Part shown: piece after piece, positions 10,030 to 24,501 of the stretch
How positions within the stretch are numbered: position 1 is the stretch's first letter
How the letters are laid out: each line of letters starts with the position of its first letter
Notes under the pieces: model-generated
Told to the model about the DNA's origin: nothing
What the model saw: the letters and a program-made list of their open reading frames with translations, nothing else
Database searches by the model: none
NCBI RefSeq assembly: GCF_026571515.1
Contig: NW_026866721.1
Coordinates: 248,001 to 312,000, forward strand
DNA from: Ruditapes philippinarum
Lineage: Eukaryota
Reading direction: 5' to 3'
Length of the DNA: 64,000 nucleotides
Program-made: the position numbers and the translations under genes

Positions 10030-13000
10030 TCACAATGAAAAATGATCTTTTGTTCCTGTAATATTTTCTTTGAACTTTTGCCACCATGTCGATGGGTAAA
10101 CATAAGGTTTCATGAGGTATTTCTCCCGAGTGCCTTCCTCATACGGTCCCCAAGTGTCGTTTGGTTTTAGACTCGCTACAAAACGCTGAAAATAATAATC
10201 ATATACATGTATATATATCATAGCAAATATCTGATCAATTATAATTATATTCATTTTATATTTCCATATCAACAGAAAGGATAAAATTGCTATAATTTCC
10301 ACAATCTTTTGAGGTATATATAGGGAAAATTACACAAGCATGCATTTGCTTTTCTGAATGATTGTATGTGTAAATGTGTATTCATGACCCAACAGCTGTA
10401 AGACGTATAGAAATACAACCAATACCCATCCAATAAGAACGATACTGACCGTTCATATTTTCTTTCTTAAATTCTTCGCAGTATATTTTGTTAAGGAAAA
10501 TCTAAATAAAACTTTAAAAGTACTATTTCCATATGAATGAATTTGATATCTAAGTGTGTATGCATATGTATCTATATGCAAAGACTATATCCATATTTTG
10601 AAAAGTTATATAATTTACAAACTAATCAAATAAATAGGGTGAGAGAATAAAAAATCCTCAACTCGCTGAATTTCTTATATGGACTTTCCCAACTTTAACT
10701 TTTAGGACCGTTCATTATTAATTTTAGGGGTATCAAGTTAAAACTTGAACGCTTGTTATCCAACAGTAAAGAGCCTGATCTGATTTCACGAATGTGCGGG
10801 CTGGTCCAGCTCTATACTGGTGGCAAAGGCTAATCACTTTTCGGTTGCCGCAGGAAAATTATTGTTATTATTTTTTACAAAACTTATATAGCACCTTTTT
10901 CATATACACATTCAAATGCCCTTAAAGATCCAGTATGTTGTAATAAAGGATGTAACAACACTTAAGTGAAATTTTATATACATGTATGTGTATAATTATT
11001 GTTCTAATGCAATTTTTAACATCCAAGAATATGTTAAATATGTACTGCAAATGTTTAAACACATTATATGTAATCATTGAAATATATGCATTAATTTCTG
11101 TTCGAAAAATTTGGCTTAGACTTTATAGAAAATAAAATTCTAATTACCTCCCTTTATTTACATGAAATGTAAATTCGGTAATACCTTTACAAATAATGCT
11201 TTTTGGAACATACAGTATTGATAAATCTTCATTTGAGCATCATATTTATAAAACCATATAAAAAATTGACTTACAGGATCTTTAAATAACGAATGTTAAT
11301 AAAAAAGATTGAATGAAACTGTACCTGTAACAGTGAACCGTCTTGATTTATTACAGAAAATATTCCTATAGCTACCATTGCTGCAATAGGTAACATGCCG
11401 ACCATTATACCACAGACCAAGGCTCCTTTACTGTATTTATACCCGTCACCATACTCCGGAGCGGAATATTGCGTAAGCAAGGCGAAGAATGCAATCTGTA
11501 AGAGAGAATTACATTGTAATCATTTCTCCTTCTTATTCCTTTTTTTCTCAGAAATTGGTCAGAAATTAAAGTGTTCTTACAGAACCATTTTATATTGCAC
11601 ACAAGTGACGTTCATATTTTCACTGTTTTTCGTGTTCTTAATTAATCAAATGGAGTATCATGCGGGTAATTAAGTGCCCTCTATAGATGCCATAAGCCGA
11701 TCAATTCGAATTTGACGTCCTTCCACAAATTTCTTGACGAAACTGTTGTAAAACATACAATGACTGTTTTGTTAATCTTAAGAGATATCCATTGTTACGA
11801 CATATAAAGCTCCCACTGACTCCGGGGTATATGGTTTCCACCGAATTTAACTCTCCGGGAATATAACTTCCGCCGAGTTTAGCTTTTCGGTGAATATAGC
11901 TCTCGCCGAATATAGCTCACCGGCAGATTTATCTCTCCGGGACAAAAAGCTCCCGGGAAATATTGTTCTTGACAAACATAGCTTAAAAATATACAGCTAG
12001 CTTTCGGGCAAATATTGTTCCCACTGAATATAGCTCTCTCTTTGGGAATGTATAACATATCTGACGTCGAACATAGCTCTCAAGGATTCGCATGTTTGAT
12101 AAAGCTCCCGGAGAGCACAATATTTGTCAAGGAGCAATAGGCGCAGGCTCCCAAATGAGCTTTATATGTAAAAGCGCAAAGGATAAAGCTCCTTGTCAAA
12201 GCGCAATAATGCTGAAGAGAGCTGTGTGTGTGACGTCACAAATCCACAAATCCAGGGTGTCAATCATCATTCATTTGTTATTGTCATGATTTCAGTGCTC
12301 TCTCATGCCTTATTGACTTGATGAGGTGCATACATGCCACACTACAAAACACACTCACTTCAAGTTAATAAGATTGATCCTTGGTATGTATTTCATATAA
12401 TTTATCACAACACAAACAACAAATAAAATACTGGCTTAAAAAGGACTTTCTTACCGTAATAAATAAAGGAATTATGATGGTCCATAAAACGCGAAGCGCT
12501 ACAGAAACATTTCTCCCCGTCATAAAATATATATCCCGGGCAAACCTGTCAGTACCTGGAAAAAAAGAGTGTTTTGTATTATTTCAATACAATATGCAAT
12601 CGTGCAATAAAGTAATATTAAAGGCCCATTATGCCCCACAAATGTTTTCATTTTTTTCTCAAAATCTTTTATTTTTTTGTTTTCTTTTACAGTTTCCAAC
12701 AAGTTACTCAATTACCAGTTACCTTCTTCTGATGCTTTTTGGCAATAAGTATATTTCTAGTGAACGGAAGTCAATATACAATATATAATATTTTGTTTAC
12801 GTTTTGCTACATCTATGATATATTATTTTACATTTAGCGCTATTTTTTCAGGCAACATGCATCGAACATGCTCTAAAACCATTATTTAAACGTTTTAAAA
12901 CTCATGTTTGCCCTTTATTAAGAAGTAAATATTCATTCCTTACAATGTGCATTTAGATAAAATCCCAAGCGTACTGTTATGGCAAAAAATCTGTTAAATA

Positions 13001-16000
13001 TGACAACATTTCAGTTTGACTTTTCCTTTAGAAATGTTATTCTTTTAAGTAAGAGATTTTGACGTTGAACAGATCAGTTCAACTTAATATTTTATTTCTT
13101 ATCTAATGGATTTGCCCTGCTTTGAATTTGGAACAGTCCATTTAAAGTCACAGGGATTTCAAAAACAAAATACAAAACTGAGCTTCCAATTGTTTAGTGC
13201 CCGGTTCACTGTGTGTAGAAACCGTCTACTTCCTGTGATCGCAAAAGACGATACAAGTTGAAGTGTGTCAGCTCGCAATATATGATACAGTGATCGAAAA
13301 ACGGGGCTTGTAATTACAATACCCCATACACAGTGAATTGTATAGACTGGCAGAAAATGATACAATGATTTCGTTTTTACACTGTGCGAGTATATTGCAC
13401 GGATGCACATGTTAATGGCAAAGGCTAATCACTTTCGGTTCAATCAGCTTAAAGGAACTCCACTGAGGTCTAAAAACGTCAAATATCATTTTTACATAGA
13501 TCAGCTTGGGCACTTCAAACAGACCGATTTGCAAAAGATAATGAAGAAATAAACTCATAAATAAATTGAACATCGTGATACTGAGCCATTCTTAGCCAAA
13601 TTTAAGTGAAAGGCATTGCAACGCATTTTCATTTTTTGTCATTTTTCAAAAGTACAATAGTCAAACTGCCATTCTGGAAAAATGAAGTGAGCGAATGATC
13701 TGAAATTTTGCACACAAGTTACTGGTCAAGACATACATCAATTGGAACATAAATTTCGAAAATTTATTTCTTGTCCCCTCATGTTCAAAAACCTCAGCGG
13801 AGTCTCTTTAAACCATGGGCTTATCTTTTAATTTAAATGAAGAAAAAACAATCTATTTGCACATAAGGATACATAAATAAATAATCCATTTAAACAATAT
13901 GAGCCACGTCACGACAAAACCAACATAGTGCGTTTGCAACCAGCATGGATCCAGACCAGCCTGCGCATCCGCGCAGTCTGATCAGGATCCATGCTGTTCG
14001 CTTACAAACCCTATAACAAGTACAGAAACTGATAGCGAACAGCATGAATCTTGATCAGACTGCGCGGATGTAGGCTGTTCTGGATCCATGCTGGTCGCAA
14101 ACCCATTATGTTGGTTTTGTCATGGCACGGCTGATATAAAAGCTTACCATATATCCAACAGATTGATACACATTCAAACAGAGACCCAATTAATAAAGCA
14201 AAGGAGGAGAAATACCAGTCGGCTAATTGGAAAAGGTAAATTCCGCCCTGAAAAAATGAAAATTAAAAATTACGCTAAAAATAGAACTATATGTTAAATT
14301 AAACTGTTTAGAAGTCAAGTTTATTTTGATAAAGAGCATATGAACGTCCTAAATAAGTGAATCACGTGAACATTAATATTAACTGCATTCAGTCATGCAA
14401 AATCCTAAACAACTGTCATTCTACTCACTTTACTGTCAAATAACATAAAGACATACTTTTCTTGATCAATTATCAAAAGGAATGCAATAAATATCCCTTG
14501 TACTTTAAAATTTGTTATGTAAAGATTTATGTAAATTTTGTTTTAATTTTTAAGTAAATAAAACAGTTTTACTGCTACAAAAAAATAAAAATAAATAAAA
14601 AAAGGAAAAGAAGCTTCAAAATGATATTTGTTTACGAGACAACTAGAAAATCTTACATTCATTGAGAGCGGAAGTCCTGTGAGGAAGAAAAAGAATCCTG
14701 TAACTATGTTAACAAGAACGCGCCTCTTCAGTAACTGACGTGGAAATTGGTCAATAATGCCACTGGTAACCGTCTCTATCATTCCAAACTAAAACATATA
14801 TGAGCCGCGTCACGACAAAACCAACATAGTGTGTTTGCGACCAGCATGGATCCAGACCAGTCTGCGCATCCGCGCAGTCTGATCAGGATCCATGCTGTTC
14901 GCTTACCATCTCTATTACAAGTGGAGAAACTGACAGCGAACAGCATGGATCCTGATCAGACTGCGCGGATGCGCAAACGAACTATGTTGGTTTTGCCGTG
15001 ACGCGGCTCATATGTATGTTCACTTATGATATATTAACAGTGATTCAATTTTTTCATAATCAAAATATAATTTTGCATTTTTTATTAGCTCATAACAGTG
15101 AACGTTCGTCTGCTCGATTGTTACATGTAAACAGAAAGTTTGTCTTAAATATTGTCACGTTCGTCTGCTAGATTTGTCAGATATAAAAAGAAAGTTTGTC
15201 TTAAATAGTGGGAGGTCGTCTAAAGAATGCAATGTATAACTCAAGGTAGATTTGTGTAATTTAAAAGATGAATCGAATCATTTCATCCAAAAAAATCCAA
15301 TTGAAACGTTTCGGCCATTTCCGTCAGTCTTTGGATAAAGATAATAGCCGAAGACGTTCCGATTGCAAAAAAATCTCGTACTTGTGAGAAATCGTCGAGA
15401 ATTTTGTAAATATTAGAAATTTATAACGTATCTATAACATATGAAAAGAAATCATCTATAGAATTTAAAAGAAAGCAGTCTACATCTCTAAAAATATCAA
15501 AAGAATATGTGCGACATATTGGACATAAATGGAAAAAGTTATTGTAAATTCTTACAATGCTGTCAAAGACTACCGTGATCAGCATAAGGAAAAACAGTAC
15601 AGACCAAAGATGTGGTACAGGCATCATGCTAATTGCTGTTGGAAACACAACAAACGCCAAGCCGGGTCCTGTTGAAGAAATTAAACGTTGGTTTATACAG
15701 AATTTATTAAAGTTCGATTGTCAAGGCAGCTATAATCTTATAGACACACTTTCGAGTCCGTCCCTGGAACCAACCAGTACTGAGCATTGGGTGTAAAGTT
15801 TCTTGCTCATGGAAACAACGACTTGCCCCTGACGGGGTTTGAACATTGAAACCAAACGTTAATTTTGCAAGAATTACGTATAACATCATATGTATAGACA
15901 AGACACTTAGCCGCTTATATATTTACATAATAAAAAATCCATTCTTTAGAAAATGCGCTTCATAAAAATATCTACATAAGGCTTGTTCGTCTTCTTTTTC

Positions 16001-19000
16001 AATTTAATAAAACTCTACATCATAAGAATAACTGGATAAAATATGTATTGAAAGAAGCTTACTTTTAAGTCCGTGGATATCTTAATTTGAAGATGGTACT
16101 ATTGTTTTTTTATATAAATTTGGATGTAAAATTACATTTGTTAATAAATTCTTATTTCTGCAAAGACTTCATGGGTCATTTATGCGTGTTATTTATAAAC
16201 AACTCTAGTCGATTCAATGGTTACTCCTTCTTGATTCTTTGCAATCCTAATTTATTTTGTTGCCAATACCAAAGTTGTAATCATTTCCTTCTGATTTCTG
16301 GCACTACTTTTTACCACACATAGTCTCGTTACATCTGGTCATTTCAAATAGAATTCTATTTTGAAGATCCTGAATACATTGATGAATTGTATAAGTGCAA
16401 GCATACCCGATTGTTGTGCTATTTTAGCGACTGTCATGCCAGAAGACTTTGCCATAAATCCTAGTAAAGCAAATACAACCATGCCGTTGTAAAAGGATGT
16501 AAAACCAGCAAAGACTACACAAATGGTAGAGGACCTGTAAGGAGATTTATGACCTTTCAACACTTACACACATACCCCCGTGACCAAATGGTTAAAGACT
16601 CCTTGCCCTATAACAGAATCGGGTTCGAATCCCATTAGAGACACTGGTTTCTTTCATTTCGGGAATCTATAGGGTTAGCTGAGGGTACGGACGGTGGTTA
16701 TATTCAGGTGCCAACTCATGCTTGTAGAACATACCTAGATATCTCTATGAGTTTGTTGGAAGTTGTTGTTGTTGTTTTTGTTTTTTTTTGGTTTTATTTT
16801 GGCCTTTTTTAAACATTACAATTTGAAAAGCATGTAAGATTAAAAAGTTTTCGAAATAAACATGTTGATAGTTCTATTCAGAATTCTATATGAATGTATA
16901 AATGGACATACTATGTATACCTTTCATACTGTGTGTTTTGCCCAAGATTCGTACGAATTATAAAAACATGTTAAAAAGATCAAAAGGTTGAAGGATCATT
17001 AAGTAAAAACGACTATCTTTTAGAGTAAGTGTTGAGTGTTAAGAATTGGATTAATTATTAGAATAATCATAGTAAGAATTTATCATCATTATCATTCTTA
17101 AAAATTCACTTTCAAATCCCAATAGTATTTTTTATCTATTAAATGTCTCTAAAAATAGCAACATTCATTTATGAAAGTTAATGAGCTTAAATCATACAGC
17201 TTGGCATTACCAGAAAGATTTCTGATGGAATTTGTTGTAACTTGACATGGTGATTACTCCGCCCCAAGTCGGTCCTAATGAATAAAACACTTGTAGAGCC
17301 GCCTCTAACCATACCTTCAAAGAAATATTCAAATAAGTCAAGCATTTGACGTTAGTAAATAAGTTTAAAGGGACTCCACTGAGGCTTTTTTTGACATGAT
17401 GGGAATAGAAATAATTTTTCGAGATATATGTACTTTCTGAAGCCGGCCTTTTCAAATACTTTGTGTGCACAATTTGTTCAGTCCGTTTTAACAGAATACT
17501 TATATTGATTGTGAAAAAAAGAAATGATAAAATCAATGTGTTTAAATGCTTTAAACTAAAATAAGGCTTAGAATTGCATAAAAATACAGTATAAATGTAG
17601 TATTTAGAAATAATGATATAAACCTTCAGAATTTCATTGAATTCTGTAGTTAGTGTATAGTAATGGATAGGTTTACCTGTGTTGTGAGAAGTTTGGAAAA
17701 GTCAGGTTCCACAAATGTTTTGATACCATCAATAGCTCCATCAAGTGTTAGAGCCTTTATAAAAATTATCGTCAAAAATACGTAAGGAGCCGTAGCCGTA
17801 ACATAAACGACCTGAAATATAGAATATCATTTTTAATCAGTAGTATGGACGTTTTATTTAATTTTGTCACCAGTGCGCTTCCATACTGTGTTTCGCGTCG
17901 CACCAACACAGTAAAGGTCATATGATGACTTTTAACGGTGGAAGAAGACCTGTGGTGCCCCTCCGTGCATTATTTCAGGCATTAATTCAGGTAGGTACAA
18001 ACGAGGCCCTGAGTAAAACCACAGATGTTCTTTTAAGCTAGCTGGACAAGTTCCTCACATGAAAAAAATCCAAAGTCTCTGGTGGGATTCGAACCAACAG
18101 CGGTAAGGAGAAAATGGTTTGAAGCCAAATGGCCGAACTAGTATGTGAAAATTTTATATATACATGTATATATAACATATCTTGACAAATTGAAAACGAT
18201 GCTTTTACTTACCTTTCCAAGAGATTTAACACCTTTGATGACGGCCGCCACACAAAATAACCAAGCAAGGAATAGTCCGATCACAAGATGCAACTGTAAA
18301 CTTCCCATTTCCTCAAGACCACGTGACCGTCCAATTACATTATACCTAAATAGTGTAGGTATAAATACGGTCATGCCAATAAATCAATTATATGTAATTG
18401 TTGTTTTTTAACACACTCACGCACGCGCGCACAAACACACACGCAGACGCGCGTGCGTACACACATACGTCATATAGTTATCATTGTAAACAGTTGGGAT
18501 CCAAACGTTTATTATATGAAAAGTACTTGCAAAGAAAAAATATCATCATCATTGCCGATATAGGACTACCGCTTCAAGAATTAAAAAGACAATAAACGAT
18601 AAACTATAAAATTGCGGGAAATATTTTAAAACTATATACAGTACAGACTAAAAAGTTAATTGAAAATAATACACCATTTTATTCATAAATTTCAAAATTT
18701 TGCCAAATTAGGGACCATAGTAATTATGTGGTTACGGCAACAGTCTCAAACACGTAAGATATATGAAAGGGGTTGAGATAAACCCTTCATTAAACACTTT
18801 AAGTATTTTTTTTACAGTTTCACGTTTATCGGTAAATGTTGATTAAAAAATAAGTTCCAATGTAAAAAAAAGCTTTAAATCCGCGGTTTATGTCTAAATT
18901 TCTGGACTAGGGTGCGATCTATGTGTTTGTGTGTTGTTTTCGTGTGTGTGTGATTTTTGTTAATGCTGTTGTTGTTGTTTTAATTCTGTCATCATTATGG

Positions 19001-21992
19001 CGAATCATCTCGGCAAAAAACATTTATCCAAATACCATCAATAAAAATTTAAGGGTCGGGTAGGGCTTACTTGGGTGGAATGGGTGGTTTTTGATTGGCT
19101 AGGTTGCCCGAAACAAAGAAATAATTTGGGCCTAGGTAATGTTATTCCTTCCTGCTACATGTATCAGTTAAAAGTTTTAACATAAAGTTATATATACTCA
19201 CTCCCAAAATTCGTAGGCTGAGGAACTTGACATGGTCACCACTGATGTAATATTAGATGGCGAAAGTGGAGATGGATCGAACAACATACTGGCAGTCATA
19301 TTGTATACTTCCGCATGTGTGTAAATAGTTCCGTTAATGGACGAACTGTTTGTATGAACTGCATACGAGTCTGTAGATCTTCCAGAAACTAAGTCCGATA
19401 TTACTAAAATTAGAAAAATTACACCAATATACAAGGAATGCCGTCAAATAAAAAACATCTCTTACCAAAAGCGTTCATGCTTTTATACACATAACACGTT
19501 CAGCTCCAAATACTAGTTAGGATTATGTTCTACGAGAACGACTATGTGGTCATTTTGTCGTATTTTCGTGTTTTCATCTGACGCCACGCGGAGCCAAAAA
19601 AATTCGACATTTGTATTACACAGATCAGCCACCATTATTTACAGAACAAAAAAGGGGAAAACCCTATGAATTCTATTTACTTGAGTAAATTTTGAAAATA
19701 AGGTTGGTGCTAAGATATTATTTTTCAAAGTTCTGTTATAAGGCGATTTGACATGCATGTAAATAAATTAATGCATGCAATAAACAAATTAAAAAAAACG
19801 TGCGGTTCAGCATATGTAACATTTGAATAAAAAGAATAAATGGTAGCCCTTTTTTGTCAGTCGAAATAATGTATCAATTTGAAGCAATACCTGTGCAGTT
19901 GACCGTGTTCCATGAGTTATTACATGTAGTCCAAGGCAATGTGGGAAGGAAAGAACTGTACAAGAAGTATAGAACCCAGGCTAAAATACAGATTACGTAC
20001 CATAGCACCGTAAATGACAACATAACTTGTAAAATACCTATACCTGTAATCAAAAGAAAGTAATTGGTTACAGAAGATCGCATTATCTTACCATTGAAAA
20101 TGTGTCAGAGCCATATATGCACAGTACGTTAACTGGAGTACATGTATTACTTATTCATACTCCAATTGCCGCATCAAAATAGAGCAAGCTCATTGATAGG
20201 CTCTTTTTTCTAGAGTTTACTTACAAAATCAGATAGTCTCGTGTTTCGACGGTTATTCTTTTACTAAAATTTAGTGTATCTTTTATAAGAGTATTACGTG
20301 TTCAAAGGGAAATACACACGCATAAGTGTGGTCAAAATACATGTACCTATTGGAGTCTCTCAATGATGATTCTACTACACGGAAAAGTAACGGGGGAGTT
20401 AAAACAGAATAATTTCCATCCCTTTTATCTCAAGAGATTTTGTATATCAAACTACTTGGATCATGTGTCCATTGTAGAACAGACCCAACATCTCGGCACA
20501 TGACCAATGGTCTACAACGTGTGCTGTACAATGACTTTTTAATAAGAGTACAAAACAGTTTTACAAAATATACTTGCCCTTGAACAAGGAACAACAGTCA
20601 AAAGCCTGTCCGGCACTTTGCCCTGTAAACTGTCCAAGACAAACCTCCAAGTAGTACAAAGGTCCACCTGATGTTATTAGGAAGAAGAAGAACGGGATTA
20701 AAAAGGCACCTCCTCCGTTCCGGCTGTAGAAAATAAAAACATACACAACCTATATGTGTTTAATAGCTAAACATTGTCCTATAAAACAATGTAAAGCCTT
20801 GAGGAAAACCCTTATAAAATTCAAAGCAAAGGGTAATAATTTACAAAAAAATAGTGAAAACGCGGGGATCTCTTCGAGTGTCCTTACACCGATCGCTCGC
20901 CTCAAAAAGATAGAGTATAAGCAATTTCGGTTTGGCGTCAATCATCATATATATAGACGCATAGAAAGTATTACAGTAGCCAAATGGGGATAGGGGTGCT
21001 TTATTTTTTCATTATTTTTTCTAACTTTATCAACATTTGAGGGAAATGGGAGGAAATCACATTTATCACATTTGCTAGCTATAACCATTTCATATCAAAT
21101 TAGTTCTTGATACTTTTTTCGAAACATGTAACCTTTATTAATTATATTAATTATAAAATAATAACCTGAAATATACTGTTATTTCTGAAACATTTTAATG
21201 AACATATGCCTGGGTTCCAGTCTGTTGATTTTTTATGTGCCTCTATTTGGCAAAATGAATAAGCAAAAACCATCAATTTTTTTAGCCTGTAGTTTACCTT
21301 ATAACAACAGCAAGTAGGTTGGTTTAAAAATGCCTTTTAATAAAATGTTCATCGGTGTTGCCCAAATAGCAACATGAAAGTAATGCGTTTAGCAGTGACA
21401 AAAAAGTCACGTGATCATTATGCGCTATAATTTTATTTTCAATAAGAGGATAACCAGACACAAGAATAAAAATTGAGCCGCGTCACGACAAAACCAACAT
21501 AGTGGGTTTGCGACCAGAATGGATCCAGACAAGCTTGCGCATCCGCGCAGTCTGATCAGGATCCATGTTGTTCGCTATCAGTTTCTCTACTTGTAATAGG
21601 GTTTGTAAGCGAACAGCATGGATCTTGATCAGACTGCGCGGATGGGCAAGCTTGTCTGGATCCATTCTGGTCGCAAACCCACTATGTTGGTTTTGTCATG
21701 ACGCTGCTCAAATAACAACACCGTACCTGCAAATAATTGGAAACCTCCATACGCTTCCTATACCTATTGTATAACCCATAATCGCCAAAAAGAACTCCAT
21801 CTTGTTTGACCACACACCGCGGTCCTGCTCCAGGTCAACTTTCTCGGATGACAACCATCCCGTTTCACCCCCTTCTGTATCAGAACTTCCGTCATCCTCC
21901 TTAAAACCATTTTGTTTCTTCAGAAACAATTCTTTACTATCTATTTCCGTCAGACCATCGCCGTTTAATTGTTTAAGCTCTGTCGAATCCAT
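10030..21992 (-). CDS. SLC6 (neurotransmitter:sodium symporter family) transporter, glycine/amino-acid-transporter-like but atypical, 679 aa
   Basis: 14 coding exons: 21992-21727, 20723-20578, 20043-19891, 19403-19202, 18345-18213, 17811-17677, 17314-17211, 16534-16407, 15668-15556, 14788-14657, 14247-14148, 12555-12455, 11495-11325, 10185-10030 (2040 nt, phases consistent). Motifs [73 protein letters not shown]. Confidence 0.93.
11805..12200. repeat. Degenerate ~21-bp minisatellite in an SLC6 intron
   Basis: Repeated ATATAGCTCyCsCCGA-like units. Confidence 0.55.
12617..12918. mobile_element. Kolobok-like MITE copy (reverse orientation)
   Basis: Starts TTAAAGGCCCATTATGCC; homologous to 23795-24146. 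Confidence 0.6.
13449..13811. mobile_element. Kolobok-like MITE (AGGAACTCCACTGAGG family)
   Basis: TTAA|AGGAACTCCACTGAGG...CCTCAGCGGAGTCTCT|TTAA; relatives at 35104-35432 and ~17365. Confidence 0.7.
13900..14134. mobile_element. Palindromic MITE copy
   Basis: Same family as 2463-2699. Confidence 0.88.
14801..15010. mobile_element. Palindromic MITE copy (small internal deletion)
   Basis: Same family as 2463-2699. Confidence 0.88.
15730..15845 (-). mobile_element. tRNA-derived SINE fragment (CORE-like)
   Basis: Minus strand has a GTTCAAACCCC B-box followed by TTTCCATGAGCAAGAAACTTTAC...CTCAGTACTGGTTGGTTCCAGG; relative at ~23340-23490. Confidence 0.5.
16575..16725 (+). mobile_element. tRNA-derived SINE, 3' truncated
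   Basis: A/B boxes (TGACCAAATGG; GGGTTCGAATCCC); body matches 44916-45191. Confidence 0.65.
17880..18135 (-). mobile_element. tRNA-derived SINE
   Basis: Reverse-complement homolog of 44916-45191. Confidence 0.7.
21474..21710. mobile_element. Palindromic MITE copy
   Basis: Same family as 2463-2699. Confidence 0.88.
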
Positions 21993-23794
21993 CTGGAGAA
22001 AGCAACAACAAAAACAAAGCTAAAAGGAATTGTTCAAATCCAAAACTATATGCGCAAATAATGAGTGTTCTGTCATGATAAAGTATATGCTTCTTTGCCT
22101 TTCATAAATTTTTGATATACAGTTCGCTTTCTACTATCACAAAGGACTTTTTTATCTTTAACCTTTGTAACATACGCTCTTCGTATGACCTTATCTGAAA
22201 AAGTTTGATTTCCTTAACTAAACATAGAGTTCAACGGCGCATGGGTATGAAATATTAATTTGTAATTTACCCTTTTATCGCCGCCAAGTACGATCTGATG
22301 TTAACATCTCTCTTTTATAGTGTTTTTTTTCCACTTAAATAAATCAAAGAGGCATGACTGCATTGTATACACACCGGTCTCAGACGTCAGTAAGACCGAA
22401 GTGTACAATTCGTATGAAAAATTAATTTGTAATTAGTTTTCTTTTTTAACAGGATCAGACCTAGTGTGAAATGTCGATCCATTAATATTTGTAAATTTCG
22501 AATCTCGAGGGGTCCCTCTCCCATCTTCGTCATCTACAATGTCTTTTACATAGATTTTTTTTTTTCAAATTTACTGGAATTAGAATTGTGTTTTGGAATC
22601 ACAAAACTTTTAACAAAATTGAACAACTATAAGAATAATATTGGTTATGATTTCTTTTCGATAATAAACTAGTATGAATACGGTAAAGGTGACCGACTAA
22701 AGTCGAATTAAAGATTTTAGATAAGCTTAGCTTAACTATATTTTTCTTTCTTACATTGTCTTTTTTGATATCACTTTTCATTGGATAATCGTGACGTTTA
22801 TATAGTATACACGGCTGTCGTCACTTTAGGAAAAAATCCTGTTTTTTATAATTATTTTCCTTTAATTAAAAGGTTTTATAAAATGTCTTGTATTATGAAT
22901 TTGTTATATGGCCGTATATAAACGGTTGTTTGAAATATAACCCTCACCTTAACGCTACTGTTTATATATGGCCATATAACCTGCCAAAAATCGTTATAAA
23001 TAATAATATTTTGCAAAACTAGGAAAGGGTTACATAATATTTTGCATTATCAAGAAAACAAGACCAAGAAAACCCTTGCCGCCCTTAATATAAAAAAGGA
23101 CATGTCCATCATACAATCTGGATAAAACTACTCGTCTTCTAGGGAAATTTTCAAACTGTGCTGACTGAACATCGGCATGGATGTGCAGGCTGATTTTAAT
23201 GTTGCACTGGTTGCAAGGGTAGAACCTGTTGCTTGTTTCAGGTTAAGATTTCATCCCAAATAACTTTTGGTATGTAGTTTATACTAATGAATTTTAGTTC
23301 GTTATATAGTATCAGAAGCTATAAGCTTATTGAAATACCCTCGAATCTGTGAATTGTACCTACCAGTACTAAGCCATGTTTGTAAAGTTTCTGGTTTAAG
23401 GAAAAAACGGTTTGCTCCTGTGGCGTGGTTTGAACCAACGCCGCGTGCAATCCTTAGATAACTAGTTTGACGCGTTAACCACTGGTATTTGATATATAGA
23501 CCTTTTCACGACACGGTCCTTTGCCAAGAAAAATCGACCGGAAATTATATTTTCCGCGCATGTGCAATCTGCGTAGGGCAAAATGAGCAATTTTCATTAA
23601 TATTATGACATTGAAAAGCTTCAGATTACTTAAACGATATTAAAATTAAAATATTGAAAAACAAAAATGTTGACGAATCCATTTTAATATCCGCTTGAAC
23701 TTGAATTTGAAACTTGAACTTGAGTACAATAGCCACCTGATTCTGTTGAAATGATTTTCGTTAAATGCGTATCAAAAATCAACAACATTCTTTA

Positions 23795-24146
23795 TTAAAG
23801 GCACATTATGCCTAAGAAATTAATATTTTTTTCCATCTTTAGAAAGGGCAAGCATCAGGTTTTAAATGAAAAAATAATGGTTTTAGAGAATGTTTGATAC
23901 TTCTCACCTGAAAACAGCATCGCTGAATGTGAAAGAATTTGACGTCATAAATGTAGTAAAATGCAAACAAAGTAATATTTTGACTTCCACTTATCACTAT
24001 AGCTTATTGACAAAAGTAAAAGTAGAAAAAGATATTTCAGGTACTTGGCCAATAAAGAAACATTTTGGAAACTATTACAAGACACCAAAAATATAAGTTT
24101 TTGAGAAATAAAACTTAAAGCATTTCTGAAACATAATGGGCCTTTA
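23795..24146. mobile_element. Kolobok-like MITE
   Basis: TTAA|AGGCACATTATGCC...CATAATGGGCCT|TTAA. Confidence 0.7.
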
Positions 24147-24501
24147 AATCGCCAAAGCTAACGCGCCATTCGGATATACTTAATATTCTTCGTACGTATC
24201 ACTCGAAACCAATATAATAATATTCCGAAACTTGAAACATTGTTTGTCTTTCGTATTTTCCCCAAGTAAAAATTTTACAAATGACTCAACTAAAATTCGA
24301 AAATAGATCCTATCACTAAAACGTCATCATTATGAATATTTTGTGATATTATATTAAAAAATCTGGGTCATTTTTATTCATTATATTCAAATGAACTTAA
24401 ATAGACTGTTTAACCTGACATGCCATATTGTACTTGTTATAAGTTATCATAAAGGTTTATATCGTGTTTAATCGGTTTTGCGTTACTTAAAAAAAATGTT
24501 T

